A stretch of 52,221 bases of DNA, filler included, from Sphacelaria rigidula (Eukaryota): NCBI GenBank assembly GCA_964200075.2. It is 2 parts of 2 records of this genome, joined end to end, with 100 filler letters (N's around TTAATTAATTAA, not from the genome) between each part and the next. Parts side by side here need not be neighbours in the genome. Positions count along the whole stretch, not along the records: positions 1 to 26,067 come from CAXNAA020000149.1; 1 more part is not named here. One strand, given 5' to 3'. Position 1 is the stretch's first letter, and every line of letters begins with the position of its first letter. Made by a program: the position numbers and the translations under genes. Positions 1-13,200 of the stretch are shown here, one piece after another. The notes beneath the pieces are model-generated. The model was given only the letters and a program-made list of their open reading frames with translations, was not told where the DNA came from and made no database searches.

Positions 1-138
<138 letters not shown>

Positions 139-2159
139 ATTCTGTATGCGCACATCATGCCGCCCGCGTACTGGGGGGGAACGTTGCGCGAATTTGATGG
201 GCGAAAGTTCCTCTCTCTAGTTGTATTTTCCTAAACTAGTCGAGCTGAACTTTTGAAGTTGAAGGTGGAGACTGAGTCCAGTTCCGGGTAGCGTTGTCAG
301 TAGCCGTTTTTTTTTCGGGGAGTTTGGTTCATGGCTTTTGTGTACAGGACTTTTTCTGTACAAGGGGCGTAGAACGCGGGGAGTTTCGATCAGAGAAAAC
401 AAGGAGTCGTTCAAAAGAAAATGAAGTGCGTCATGTGATGCCGCGATCAGAAGGAGTGCCGGAATGTTTCGACAGTCGTTGCGACGGATGTCCGAATCAC
501 CACAGGAATGTAACGTCCGATGTCTCGCGGCGTCCCTCGTGCTTGTGCACATGATCTTGGGATTGCGCTCCGACCCGTCTTGTCCGATGTTACGGACTGA
601 TGAGGCGTGACCCTTTCATGCCGCAGGTCTACTCGAGGAGATTCCGAGTACTCGTATTTGAAGATGCCGAATTTTCTGGCGGTGTGCATCTGTACCTCCG
701 AAGTTACCATGCTATGGAAATTCGCAAAAATGAAACCTCTGAGTGTATGTTACATGACGAAAAACAATGCTTCCGTGATTTTGTGTAGTAGAGCGTTGAT
801 TGTGGGTGGTTTTGATCACTGGCGTGTGTTTGATAGCTACATATCGACATTCGATGTCCTACTCGGGGATATCAAGGGCCTCAGTGGCGAACCACGTACT
901 ACAAAAAATACTTCAACAAGCATTTCGGAACCGAAATGATTATTTCACTGATTTGACCGCTCCTCACTCTTCTGTCCCATCTCACGAAAACGTTGTTGGG
1001 AGTAATTGGTACCCAAAATTATACTGTCCCTGTCTTCGTGACATACCAGACACTGCACCGAGTCATTTTCTGCTGCAACTCGTGACGAATCTCATCAGTC
1101 AGCTACGCTCCATCTCGGGCGAAACATTTGAGGGACGAATCACTTTCAATCACTTGTAAATATCTCCTCAAGTGTCCCAAGATGTATCAGGCGACATGAG
1201 CAGAAACCCCACTCATTAGGACGGTGCCAGGGAAATTCCAGAGAACAAAGCCCTTATCGTTTCCTCCATCACACGAAAAGGGAGAGGCTTTATCGATCTG
1301 AAATACCGAACAGACGGAATCTTGAGTGAAAAAACAGTGCTTCCGTGAGATTTAGAGGATATGATACGATTGAGAGTGAAAAGTGATCAATCTGAATAAA
1401 TCGTTTCAGTTCAGAAATGCACTTCCACGGGGTCCACCATGCGTTCTGCAATAGCTGGCCACTGAGGTCCTTGATATCCCTGGGTAGCATGTCGACGTGT
1501 AGCTGTTAGCACACGCATGTTATGGAGGTGAAGAAAGATACACGTGGAACAAAAATGATGACTCGCTCGAAGCGAATGATAAAAGCCAGTCTCTATCGCA
1601 TCATCTACTCTCAGTCTCGAGAAAACACAAAAGTGGTGGGACTCCCCATGATCATCAGTCACCCCGTATAATCCACGCAAGGTACAGATGGTCCTTGATT
1701 TGTACAAGAAGGAGGAGTTCGGTCCGTCTACAGGATTCTTTCTCCTGTGCTTTGATTTTTCGCACCCCACTCCGTTGGGCAACATTTTTCGGTCAGCTGT
1801 GAGCAAACTGAATCACTTCTCCGATTTTCTGGGCATTGACTTTCGATACGTGACCTCTGTGCTGAAATCGGGACACTTCCGCATCCCCCCGATTATTTTT
1901 TCAAATCGTGGAGATCTCGGAGTGCCCCGATGTGGGGAGTAGGGTGGTGAACCAATAGTCCTCGTCCAGAGAAGCGGAGAGATGATCTGGTTCGCTCACA
2001 GCTACTGTACCTGAAAAACATTGCCCAACGGCCTGGGGTCCGAAAACCAATCCACGGAAGAAAATCGCCTGTAAACGGGCTGAAATCCTCATATTTGCAC
2101 AAATCGAGATTAGTTGCCATAAAAGTGGGTATAAGGGCACAACTCGAATGGGAGTCAAA

Positions 2160-2535
2160 ATTCCTGTCGAAAACTGCCTCTTGGGCCCTTCTCCGTCGAT
2201 TTACGCTCGAAGAGAGGGCTAGGCGAATGTTGACGCTTTGGAATGACTTGCTCTACTCGTTGAGACCGTTCGTTCTAAGGCAACTCTGCATTTCCCGCTG
2301 GCCCCACTTGTGTTTTTTGATCAAATCAGGCCAAACCTTAGCCAAACATGAATTTTTCAGTAAAAAACGGTCAGGTGATCAAAATCTCTCCAGTATTTTG
2401 ATCGCTTGACCGTTTTTCATTGAAGATCCGGGTTCGGCCAAAAATAAAAGTGCGGCCAGCGGGAAATGCAAAGTTGCCCTGAACGGTCTCAATAAGTAGA
2501 GCAAGTCATTCTAAGGCGTCAACGTCCGCCTAGCC
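2160..2535. mobile_element. Diverged copy of the same long-TIR MITE family as 48530-49004 (right arm truncated)
   Basis: 2217-2325 is the inverse of 2438-2535. The core gctaggcg..ttgac..ttggaa(tga)cttgctctact..ttgag matches 48615-48660. Confidence 0.75.
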
Positions 2536-4436
2536 AGGAGTGCCCCCCGCGAAACCTCCGAGACAAAATATATGTACCCCCCCCACCTCCGGCGGTCGTA
2601 GTATTTTTTTTTCATTTACATGAAAAAACGCTCATGATTGCTGGCCCTATCTGCCACCACAAGATGCGACGCAAACTGGACACAGATTGGCGGTGCAGAT
2701 AGATGCATTTAGCTTGATTGAGCAAGCATCACAGAGCATTGTGATATTTGTCTGGTCTTCTTGCCGTGGAAGTGTGATGTGAGTACAGCGGTCTCCATGC
2801 CAAGGATCTGTGTACGCGGCAACTGAGCACATCCGCCAACGCCTCGGCAATGAACTAGGGGACAGCAGGCTGGGTGTCCCCCTCCCCTGAAAATCTCGAA
2901 TTTCGATCTTGGGGCCTATCTATGTGTCCCGGAATACTTTTTCGACAGACCCTTGGTTTTGTGTGTGTTTTTCGCCTGTAAAAATTGTGCTTACAGCTAC
3001 ACGTCGGTATTCTTTTCAGGGATATCAGAGACTCCACACACCTCGTATAAGGCGTGGAGGGGCATTTCGTCAAGTGAACCTGTTTCAGGCATTCATCGGC
3101 CATTTCTGGAAATCTGGAGTTCTAGATTTCTGCAGATTGACCGCTACAAGAAAAATATACCTTGGATTCATCCCAAGGCGGAGAGCTTTCATTCAAGCCT
3201 CTCCTCGCGTGGCTCGGCGAAGTATTCCCCAAGAAACACCAGTCCAGAGGTAGACGAGGGTTTCCGATTAAATGGGTCCTCACTCTATAATAGACACTCG
3301 GTCTGATGAAGAGGCCGCTCGCAGTTTGGTAAAAACTTTGTGGGCCGCAACAAGGCCCCAACGGAGGACTTTCCGTGGGAAGTGCTTTTTCCCGGTTAGA
3401 GTGGGGATTCCCGTATAGTGTGGTTAGTCGCCAGTCCGGCGTGACAGCACTATGCTGAAACTCCACGTTAGCCGTTTCCGCTCGATAGAACTACTTCTGA
3501 TTGTCCTGGTGAACGATCGTATGTCTCCACTAACTTTAGCTCTAGCTATTGCACTGATCTACAGCCGAAAACGAAGGCGTTTTGGACATTAACCGGTTTT
3601 CGACACCACCACACAACGGCTCTTCACCCAGCAATGCCCCGACAATAAAAAATCGCGAAGCACTTTCCTTCAACAAACTATGTTCTTCAACAATATCTTC
3701 CGCGTCTAGAACTTTCGAGTGGACGTGAAAAACGGTCAACACTTCCCGTACATGGTTTACGACAGCACAGCATACCAGGAATCGCATACCAGGAATCACA
3801 TTAGTGGTATAGTGCCAACATAGAACTAAACTACAAACACACGCCCAAGGATTCTACTTCACGCGGCCATGCGTCGGTAGGCCTGGATGATGTTTTGGAG
3901 CGGTACATCTCGCTTCAGATCCCGTCTCCAGGCCGGCACCTGTTGGTAGGTCATCGGTTCAGGCCGGCCACAAACCACACGCGAGGGAGGCGCCAGGCAG
4001 CGTAGGAACAGAAAAACGAAGACACACCTCGAGTAAGCGTCAGCGATCAGGCACAGTAGAGCAATTCGCTAAGCACCAGCATCCATTTTGTCTTTCCTTG
4101 CGACAACCAAATTTACTCCTAACGGCACCGCTTGCATCAATTTGTTCGTGATCCATACGCATCCACGGTTGAACCCGACCTTCGCCTATATAATGATTCC
4201 CTTTGGGCGCGAAACTGCCTTGGTGAACGATAGCTGTTCCACGCATATGCAACGGGGAGAGTTCTTGGCGTTTGCCTTGTTGACGGCCTCAGTGATTTCG
4301 ACACACGAGGTAGCAGCAAAGTCATCAACCTTCGAGCAAGAATTCGAGCAGAAATTGCGGTGTGCTCAGAGGCCAAAATCCGGCCTGTGGATATTTATTT
4401 TTTACCTTATATTTACTATTTTATTTGTCGCTCTTT

Positions 4437-5120
4437 GAAGCTATCCCCTTTCTCGGGACGAGTCCGTGGTCTCGAGGGATCACCCCATCTCTCCTCGGTA
4501 GTCATGGTGGTGGTCGAGCTAGATCATTTTGTGCGGGGTGGGAGAACCTTGGTACCATGCAAGAGGGAATGATCGTACTACGTAGTGTTTATATGGATAT
4601 ACATCCATGAGGCAGTGTGCAACTTGTGGCTCTCTGGAAGTGGCAATGTCAGGATATGAAGCGACTAATTGGAGGCTGTCATCCCAATGCAAGATAGTCA
4701 GTACGCTTCGGGTCGAACAATCTTAGCAGGATAAAGCTCACTCTTCATGCGACTCGCTGGAAACATCATGGCGCTGAGCGCTTGGTGATTGATTGCGAGC
4801 CTGGTCCGGCGTAAACCCGGCGTGCTTCGTCCCGGCTTTGTAGGGATGCGAGATCAACGGTCACATGACCACGGCGTGCGAGATCATGAGTAACTCCTCC
4901 CCCCCAGGTACACGCCTCTTGGTCTCGCGGATCGGGTCAGCACCATTCCCGCACCGCGTCAGCTCTCATCAAACAAACTCAGTTGAATACGTCTTGTTTA
5001 CTCACGTACTCACGGTTTCGACGGTGGAAATCAGACCGAAAAAACCCAACGCATCGGGAATCGAATCTCCGTTCTCTTCATCCTTACGGTGACAGGCGGA
5101 CCATGACACCACCGGGGCGC
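4437..5120 (-). mobile_element. tRNA-derived SINE family A, interrupted by a ~400-bp nested insertion (4501-~4900)
   Basis: The minus-strand head has A-box-like TGGTGTCATGG and B-box-like GATTCGATTCCC. The body is homologous to 21445-21695 and 34013-34385. Confidence 0.7.
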
Positions 5121-5801
5121 GGCGGAAAATAACCGACCACACAATCGACTCCCAGGAGGTTTCTGGCCGATACTTCTTGCCGCACATAATTAATTGCAAG
5201 GGCCTTCGAGGAGTTTTACTATCTGCGACGTCTCTGCGCTGTGTTGGTTTCGGCCTGTTGCTCGTGCAGTATTTCACCGTTTTTCGCAATATTATCCGTG
5301 TGTATTTCGTTTGTAGCTGCAGTTCGAAGCAAGTCCTGCGCTGCTCGTGATTTCAGTCTGGACTGGTGTGCCGATCATACATCAACCGGTCTCTGCTTCT
5401 TTTGCCGGATTTCGTGTTCGAACACGTAGTTGTTAGCCTTCTCGACGTTGCAGTAAGTGAATTGTGCGTTTCTTCATCATTTGTCACGACTTAGTTTGCT
5501 CTGTCGTTCTGTTCGACTTTTTGTCTTGTTCTGTTCCTTCTTTTTTTCAGGGCGTGTTTTCAGTTTTGTTTTTGTTGGGTACGTCCCATCATGAGACTAC
5601 GGCTGAACCCCTGGGGGGTCAGTTAAAGTGCGACAAGCAATGAATCAATCGATCAAATCATCGAACTTGTCAGTATTGATCCTTACAGTCTGAAATCATC
5701 GAACTTGTCAGACATCACCGGTCATGAATTCATTACCTCGTCTCAGAATGCTCTCGGCGTCAGCCGCCGGTGCCTTGTAGTCGACGATTTCCCTTCATTA
5801 A

Positions 5802-8800
5802 TTACTTGTCAAACGTCAAGTCGCGCGGCACGACCTCAGCCTTGGATGACAAGGCAGACGCACTGAGGGTTAAACAAATGGAAACAGAAGCACACGCTAA
5901 GGTAAACTCGAGGAGGCAAATGACACAAAAAAGGAAAGGAAAACTAAGAGGAAACGTTCACATAACTGTCAGGCAAAGATGAGAACCAGTGACAATCCCG
6001 AGAGAACGCCCGAGAGATGAAACATCGGCTGCGCGCCTGTATTTACCAGTGCAGATTTTGGTACAAAACTAAAACAATAGACTAACCTTGCAGAGGGGAC
6101 ACTCCTGCTTCTTGCTGGACTTGAAGCAGTCCGTGATGCAGGGCAGACAGAAGCGGTGGCTGCATGGCAATGTATGCGGATCCTCAAATATGCATAAACT
6201 GGATCGTAAGATGCATTCGACACGATTGGGCAATGCAGGGGATACGTATAGTCGGAGCTCAGAAGATCGAATAGGGCAAGACGAGATGAGCAGCTCCAGT
6301 CTCATTGCGGTGTCTATAGGGCAATGTGCGCTGTAAGTTTTGTCGTCGCGCAGCTTCGAGAGCAAAGCCATATCTATACCCTCACCTTCTCTGCAAGAAT
6401 TGGAACAAATTAGTCGACAGGCAAGAAAGCTTCAGACCCGCGTTCGAATTTACGCTGACAACGGAAGGTATACCAAAAAAGCAATGAAGATCACGTCAAC
6501 TGACTCGCATGCCACTCCCTACGGATACCCATTACCGCCACTGGAAGCACCATGGCATAACAAGACAACCCACGCGATTTCTTGAAACGAACAGAATTGC
6601 GCCCATCTTGGCACATTGCTGCCAAGCGCGGACGATGACGCTCGAGTACTAGACGAATCGACCCATCACAACTCACCAAACTGGACACGTGAGCTCGGCA
6701 GCAAGCGCAGTCATCCCCACTGCAGCCTCACTCTTTTGCCCGTTCGCCCCACCGCTCATACCCATCGTTTCCCCCGCGCCTCCGTTCCCATTCAAAGCGG
6801 CAGACGCACCGGAAGAAGCCGTCGTTTTCGTTTCCCGGACCTCCTGCTCAGGGCCCTCTCGTCCAGCTTGCCCCACAGCGTCCGCGCTAATGCCGGTGCA
6901 TTGCGTGTCAAGGTGGTGACTGCACAGGTCTGCTCTGACTCTCTTCCCACACACTGGACAACTCGTCATCGAACTAGTAACTGCAGCTGTTGATGATCTA
7001 ACAGCATCACCGGCGCCGCGTTTGCTGCTCCTCCTCCTCCTCTGTGGTTGGGCCGGCGGCCGTAAACTCGCGGTATTGTTGGCGAGGGTAGTGGGGGAAA
7101 ACGGCCAACTGACGGGCGGGGCGGTGTTGTCCAAACTGCTACCGAGTGTAGCCTGCTCTCCCCTTCGACCAAAATTTGGTCCAATATCATTGTGCTCAGG
7201 TACCGTAGCCTCCAACGAGCAACGATCATCACCACAGTCACCGTCCCCGTCGTTATTGCATGCACTTTCGGAGTTTTCTGCGACCCGTTCGCCAATTTCG
7301 ACACGCACAACGGCCGCATTTTCGCGTACAGTTTCGCTTGCTTCAATCGGTGGTCGTGCGACGCTCACCGCTCTCTCTGATGCAGCAGCACCCGCTTTTT
7401 TTTTCGCGAGAGCAGGGTTACAATGGATACCGGGAGCTGTGCTCTCCTGAGCACCCTGGGGCGCAGAAGACGTTGGTGGCGGTAGCGATGCCCCCGCGCA
7501 TTCAGTATCGAGGTGTTTGCTACAGAGTTCGATGATGACCTAGATACGGGAGGGGCAAGAGAGGATGGGGCTGAGTCGCCGAGTTACTCGACATCTTGCG
7601 AAGCTGCGGGAAAAAGACTGAGATCTTGACATGATTTTTCGCGTGGTTGCCATTGTCATCCGGGACAACGTGTTGTTACTGGGGCGATTTTCTTCTGAGA
7701 TTTAAAAATAATTTCTCGCTGAAAACAGTTGCTGTCGAACGCTCGAGGAACCCGGCGAGGTACCTCGCGTACACATCGACACACGCCGAAAGGCTGCAGG
7801 CGTGGCCGGCATGATCGCTTCAGTCTAGGAGGTGATACCGGGCGCCATGGAAATTTCAAACGGTCCGACACAAACCATCACGACTGATCTGTGCATCAGC
7901 CACAAAAAAAATACTACACAACTACTGTACTCAAGAGCCGCAGTAGAGCTACAATGAAGCTGCGGCAATAGTACTGTATTTAGTGTGCAGCAGCTGGTGA
8001 TTGATGGAGTATATACCCTCTTCAACCCTAACCCTTGTACCGCCGGAGCCGTCAGATGAACTCTAAATGGACAGCTGAAGATATTTGTGAGGACCGATGG
8101 CCTTACCTACAGTGGAAACGCAATATGACGCGAGTGGGGGATCGAGGCGCCAGATTTATGCGAAAGGGGGTGTTATCGGGAGTAAGTGGGTGATATGGAC
8201 GCACAGTAAAAAAAACATTAGCACGGAAGGATATATTACTCAATATTTGAATATGGCATTTTCACAACCCCGGCAGTCAAGCACAACTCGAGCACAGGTT
8301 CGTATCGCACGTCCAACATCGCATTTGCCCATCATTGCAGTCGCAGGTTTGTGTGCGAGTGCTTGATGGGAGTCCCCAGGGCAACTTCGATGAATGTCAG
8401 TGATGATGGAGAACACCGGGTGGTGTCTTGCCCTGCATTCTTCAAAGGTGACCCTCCGTGGTTCACCACCGAATTTTCATCGCAGAACACATCATTCGAG
8501 TAAAACACAGGTAATAGCCCAGTGGTTGTGGGGTAAACGTCACGCATCATCTCTTGCACCGCCGCATGGATCGCGGTGCCAGTATCTATTGTCGGCAGAC
8601 GCTGTACTTTTGCATGCAGACTGTCGTGTACATCCTATGAACACACTACAGTACTGTCGGTACTGTAGTGCCTATACTATGCGTCAAATACTCCGTATTT
8701 TCTAGTGATATGGTACCGTCAGCCGAAATATTGTACCGAAACGAGGCTCGGCGCCGGAGGGGATACTCATAAGAATGTTCTTCAGGAGAAAGTTCTGCAC

Positions 8801-9773
8801 TACAAGGACGTCCATATCTCTAAATATGTCACCGAACTTTTCCCAACACATCACTGATCTAGATGGCTGGGCGGCAACGACGTAGCCACCGCCGTCCCCG
8901 CAAAAAAAAGCTGAACGGAAATTCAAGTGTGTGTGTGTGTTTGGGGGAGGGGTGTTAAACTCCATCAAATCGCGGGGGTAAACGTTTTACTGTTCAGCTG
9001 CACTGTGTGAGGAACAAACTCACACTCTTTCCGCAAACAGGACACTCGCAGAAGCGAGTGGCTGCCGCAGCAGCGGCTGCCGCCGGTATATCCATCTCTA
9101 CGTCAGCCATAGCACCTCCCGACCAACCCCTCAAGCCTCCTCCCACGGGTCGTTTCCTTTTGCCCGCCGACACCGCAGTCGACCGCGCTCCTTTTGCACC
9201 GCCGGTGCCGGTGCTTGCAGCATCTGAGTTACTGCTGCAAGCTGTAGTAGCTGTAAGCATCTTGGAGAAAGCATTATTCTCTTTACCATCGCCGCCGCTG
9301 GCGAACGGATCCCAAGCAGAGACTGCTGCGGATACTGGAAGGTGGGTATTTCGATCGGCTGGCGATGTTTGCTTGGAAGCAGAGAGCATCGCGCCTTCCA
9401 GCAGACGCGCGAAGGCATTCGGTTTGGCAGGGGTGGTGACTCCTCCCGCAGTGGTTGTGTTGTCGGATTGATTGAAATGAAAGGGGTCCCATAACTCAGC
9501 AGCGGCAGCAGCAGTAGCAGCAGCCGTGCGCGTTGTTTCCGAATTATCCACCTCGATTACCGTGCGCTGCTGTTGATTTGATTGAGCGCTACTAACTGCT
9601 GCTGTTGATGCTGCTACTTCTGCTGCTCCTGCTGCTGCTGCAGCTGCAGCTCTCGGGTGGGGGCTGCTATTTGGCTTGGTATGCACCACCTTATTCATTC
9701 GTTTGCCTCGTGCATGTTTTTTGCCATTATTTTTGCTATCGTCATCGAGCCATGCTGCAAGACCACCGGACAT
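5802..9773 (-). CDS. Putative E3 ubiquitin ligase with two UBZ4 (Rad18-like) zinc fingers and a C-terminal C3HC4 RING finger; multi-exon
   Basis: Exons 9773-9024 (ATG...CPVCGKS|gtgagt), 7539-6677 (ag|VIIELCSKHLDTEC...CPVCGKRVRADLCSHHLDTQC...ELTCPV-TG|gtgagt), 6198-6087 (ag|T-LCIFEDPHTLPCSHRFCLPCITDCFKSSKKQECPLCK|gttagt) and probable last exon 5840-5802 (AEVVPRDLTFDK*). Splicing at these GT-AG sites rebuilds UBZ1 and the RING in frame. The last exon and start codon are less certain. Confidence 0.85.
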
Positions 9774-10230
9774 AACCCTGAGATCACGAAGTACTTCGTA
9801 GATGTACACAGCTGGTTATAATCGGTGCGGCTCAAGAAATAGCGTAGCCAGCAGCGCCAGCAAGCAGCATAAAATTTAAAAGGTCTGGAGTATGGCAGAT
9901 AGTACAGCAACAAAAATTGAGAGTATCATGAACGATAACGGCCAGGCCTGGATCGTATCTTTGGAGTGCCTACTCAGCGTGGGGTACTACTGACTGTACC
10001 AGTAATGTACTGTTCTGTCTACTGAATTGCCTGAATTGTATGCACATGGCGAGCTGTGCTACCAGCGTGTGACTTGAATGCATGTCTGGCTATAGCAAAC
10101 TCGCCGCGTTGTCAGCAACATCAAAGCGTAGAGCGCAGCAGGGGCAGAAAGCATGTGTGGCTCGGTCGACATCTTGTATGAGCAGGCGCCCTGAGCTCTC
10201 GTTGTTGTGACGTATAACGAGACGCACACG
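9774..10230. promoter_or_regulatory. Probable bidirectional promoter/5'UTR region between divergent genes
   Basis: Only ~457 bp separate the inferred ATGs of the RING gene (9773, minus) and CFAP44 (10231, plus). No specific motifs were identified. Confidence 0.45.
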
Positions 10231-13200
10231 ATGGACGTGAAAAATGGCGGTGGTGATCTGGAGCAGACCCAAGGGCTGTCGACGGGGGAGGGACAGGTTT
10301 CCAATGACCTTATTCCCGACCCCTTGGCCCGGGACGAAGCTGCCGCGGGTGGGAAATCGGCAGGGTGTGATGAGGGAGGACAAGTTGGTCGAGATCCTGG
10401 GAGTGAAGAGGAGGTTCCCGCAAAACAGGATAAGCGCAGGTCATACCGTCCATCCTTGGAAGTTGTGAAAGTCGCTGTCCAATCCTTTTACGAAAAGGGC
10501 GAATTCAAGCAAGACCTACAGGTGGGTGGCGCTTATATCGCTTGTTGGGAGAACTTGGCTCGCCTCGCCGTATTTGTGTACGGGTCCATGCGTGTGGGTG
10601 TGCGTGTCTGGGTTGGTTGGCGCGGTGTAATTTTCCTCCTGTAATAGACATAACAAGAACCTTACAATTGATAGAGGTAATTCTCAAGTCAATGCATCCT
10701 GGTGAGGCCAAGGGTCACATCTATGTCGCTCATCTCTTGCAAACTATCCGTTGGCCCTTGTCTGTACTTTGTTGACAATTGTGCAATGTACTTTGTTGAC
10801 AGTTGTGCTCTGTACTGTGTTGACAAAATTTGTTGATTTCTCTCGCAGCAGTCATGGCCCCTGCTGTGCCCACGGAAGTTGTTCTGTATCTACTAGACAT
10901 GAACACGCTATGCGAGGATTGTGCAACCGATTGACAGCTGATCCTTGACCCTTCTATGCAACATGTATCATCGTCTGTCGACCCCTCAGCACGGTGAGCT
11001 GGCACGAGACAACATCGCCCCGCATCACTATTTTGGGCTAGATTCGGCACGACCGGACAACTTGCGGTATGTCGAGCCAGGGAAAGTGATGTATGCCTCG
11101 GGAAATACGCTGGTTGTCTTGGAAATTTCCACCATGAAGCGCCGCCTGATATTTGGACTGGATGGTCGCGGCGTCGGTTGCTTCGCGGTGCATCCCAGTG
11201 GAACGTTTGTGGCTGTGGGAGAAAAGGGGGCTATGCCCAACATCTATGTCTACGAGTATCCTAGTTTTCAGATAGCCAAGGTGAGATGAGACAGTGCGTA
11301 CATCGTTTCACGTGTTAAATTCTTCCTCAAGAGAGTTGTAACTTGAACGATTGCGGCTTTCAGTACGCACGCAAGTGGCTTGTAATATCCCTACGGTGCT
11401 ACAGACATATCCTATTATAGTGGGTTACATATTTACTAGAAACCGCGCATTTGCTGAACGTGTATTCAGAATAACTTTAGCTTGATGGCCATAGGGCTGT
11501 GTAAAAACATCATATTTGCCCCCGATTTGTACTTTTTTTCATACTTCCAAACACTTCTCAGACCGTAGTCAAAAGGGAGCAACCTCCCTCCGCCCCGGCC
11601 GACGCCTTTCGTTTTGGTATCGCAGATTTCATCAACACTCCCAGACGAAGTTTGCTCTTGACTCTCTTTCTTTGCTCCTCATGTACTCGCGACTGCAAGG
11701 GGGGAATCATGTCCCCCCAAAAACCCACAGCAGGCATCTGCAGGAATTCGAATTCTCAGTTATCCGTTTCAACAGCTTTCCGTGGTACCAGGTAGACCTC
11801 TGGGGCGCGGCGGCTCAGCAACAAAGTCTTGTTTTTTAATCTGACTCGCTCATCTTACCAGCATGTCGGGACGCCACACTGCCCTATCTCCCTTGTTGCA
11901 ATTTCGGTGTTCTTGTAAGCGCACTTGTTCATTGGCTCTTGATATTCCGCGGTAATTACTCGTTTTTGCTCCGGCTACGGAATGGTAGGTTTTGCGGAAA
12001 GGAACGGAGAGGGGTTACCGTGCCATGGACTTCACTACAAATGGCGAGAGGTTGGCCAGCGTGGGGCAGGATCCCGACTTTATGCTGACGGTATGGAACT
12101 GGGCACAAGAGAAGGTCATTCTTCACTGCAAAGCGTTTGGTCAGGACATCTCAAAGGTGAAACAGACACATTTTCGGATAAGAAATCGGCACAACAGACT
12201 TCCAGAGGGATGCATAATTGTGTTTGAAGGCAGTAGTTACGTATGTCCGCATAAAAATATGAATATGCGGAGTTCATTTCGAATGCATACTTTCATTGAT
12301 GCACGATTCTCCAGAAACATTCCACACCCTGGACAAAATATGGTCAATAGATGCAATAGACGAGAAGCGTACTGCATAAAGTATATGGCGATTGCAACTA
12401 TTGCCGGCCGACAATAGTCGCAACAGGCCTATACTTTACGCAGTACGTTTCTCGTCTATTGCAACTATTGACCATATATTGTCCAAGGTGTGAAACGTTC
12501 CGATGGGAGTAGTCACGATTACACCCAGGCAGCGAGGACCAGTCGACGATTGCTGCAATGGCTCGCGATAAGGGACGAAATACCAGAGAATTTCGGAAAC
12601 ATTTAATTTTGGTCATTTCAGAGTACAAATATCTCAAGACCAGAGTGAAGAATGGAGGAAAAAACCTCATCGAAAAAAAGTTAAGAGGATGCCACATTTG
12701 ACGGAAGATTTTTTTTTTTCATCGCACTCTAATCCTGTGATATTTGCACTCTGAAATGACAAAAAAAAACGTTTTCCCGAAAGCCTACTGATACATAATT
12801 CGGCGGAAACTTTCTTCAGCCCAGGATATATATATTACTCACATTATGTCGTGAAATATTCTTGGAATGTCGCACACGGAGCCCTCGTATTCGCTGGCAA
12901 ATGTATCACCAATCACCAACTCAGGCGTGCTACTGTAGTTGTTATCCCGACATTACCGGTTGACAACCGTCTGACATATGTCGGCTGTACCTGGATGTAC
13001 CGTCTCTAGACTGTGATCGAAGCTGTAAACTATGAATTTTACGGACTTTCGGCATTCGTCGACAGGTGTGTTTTTCTCCCGATGACGAAGGTCGGTTAAC
13101 CACATCCGGCACGGGGCACATCCGTTTCTGGCGAGTGGCGAACACGTTCACAGGCCTCAAACTTCAGGGAGATATCGGGAAATTCGGTAAAGTAGAGATG

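Noticed and set aside
6087..6700. Calling the RING gene BRCA1 or RAD18
   Set aside because: The RING is C-terminal, downstream of the UBZs, and no BRCT or SAP domain was seen, so no symbol is assigned.
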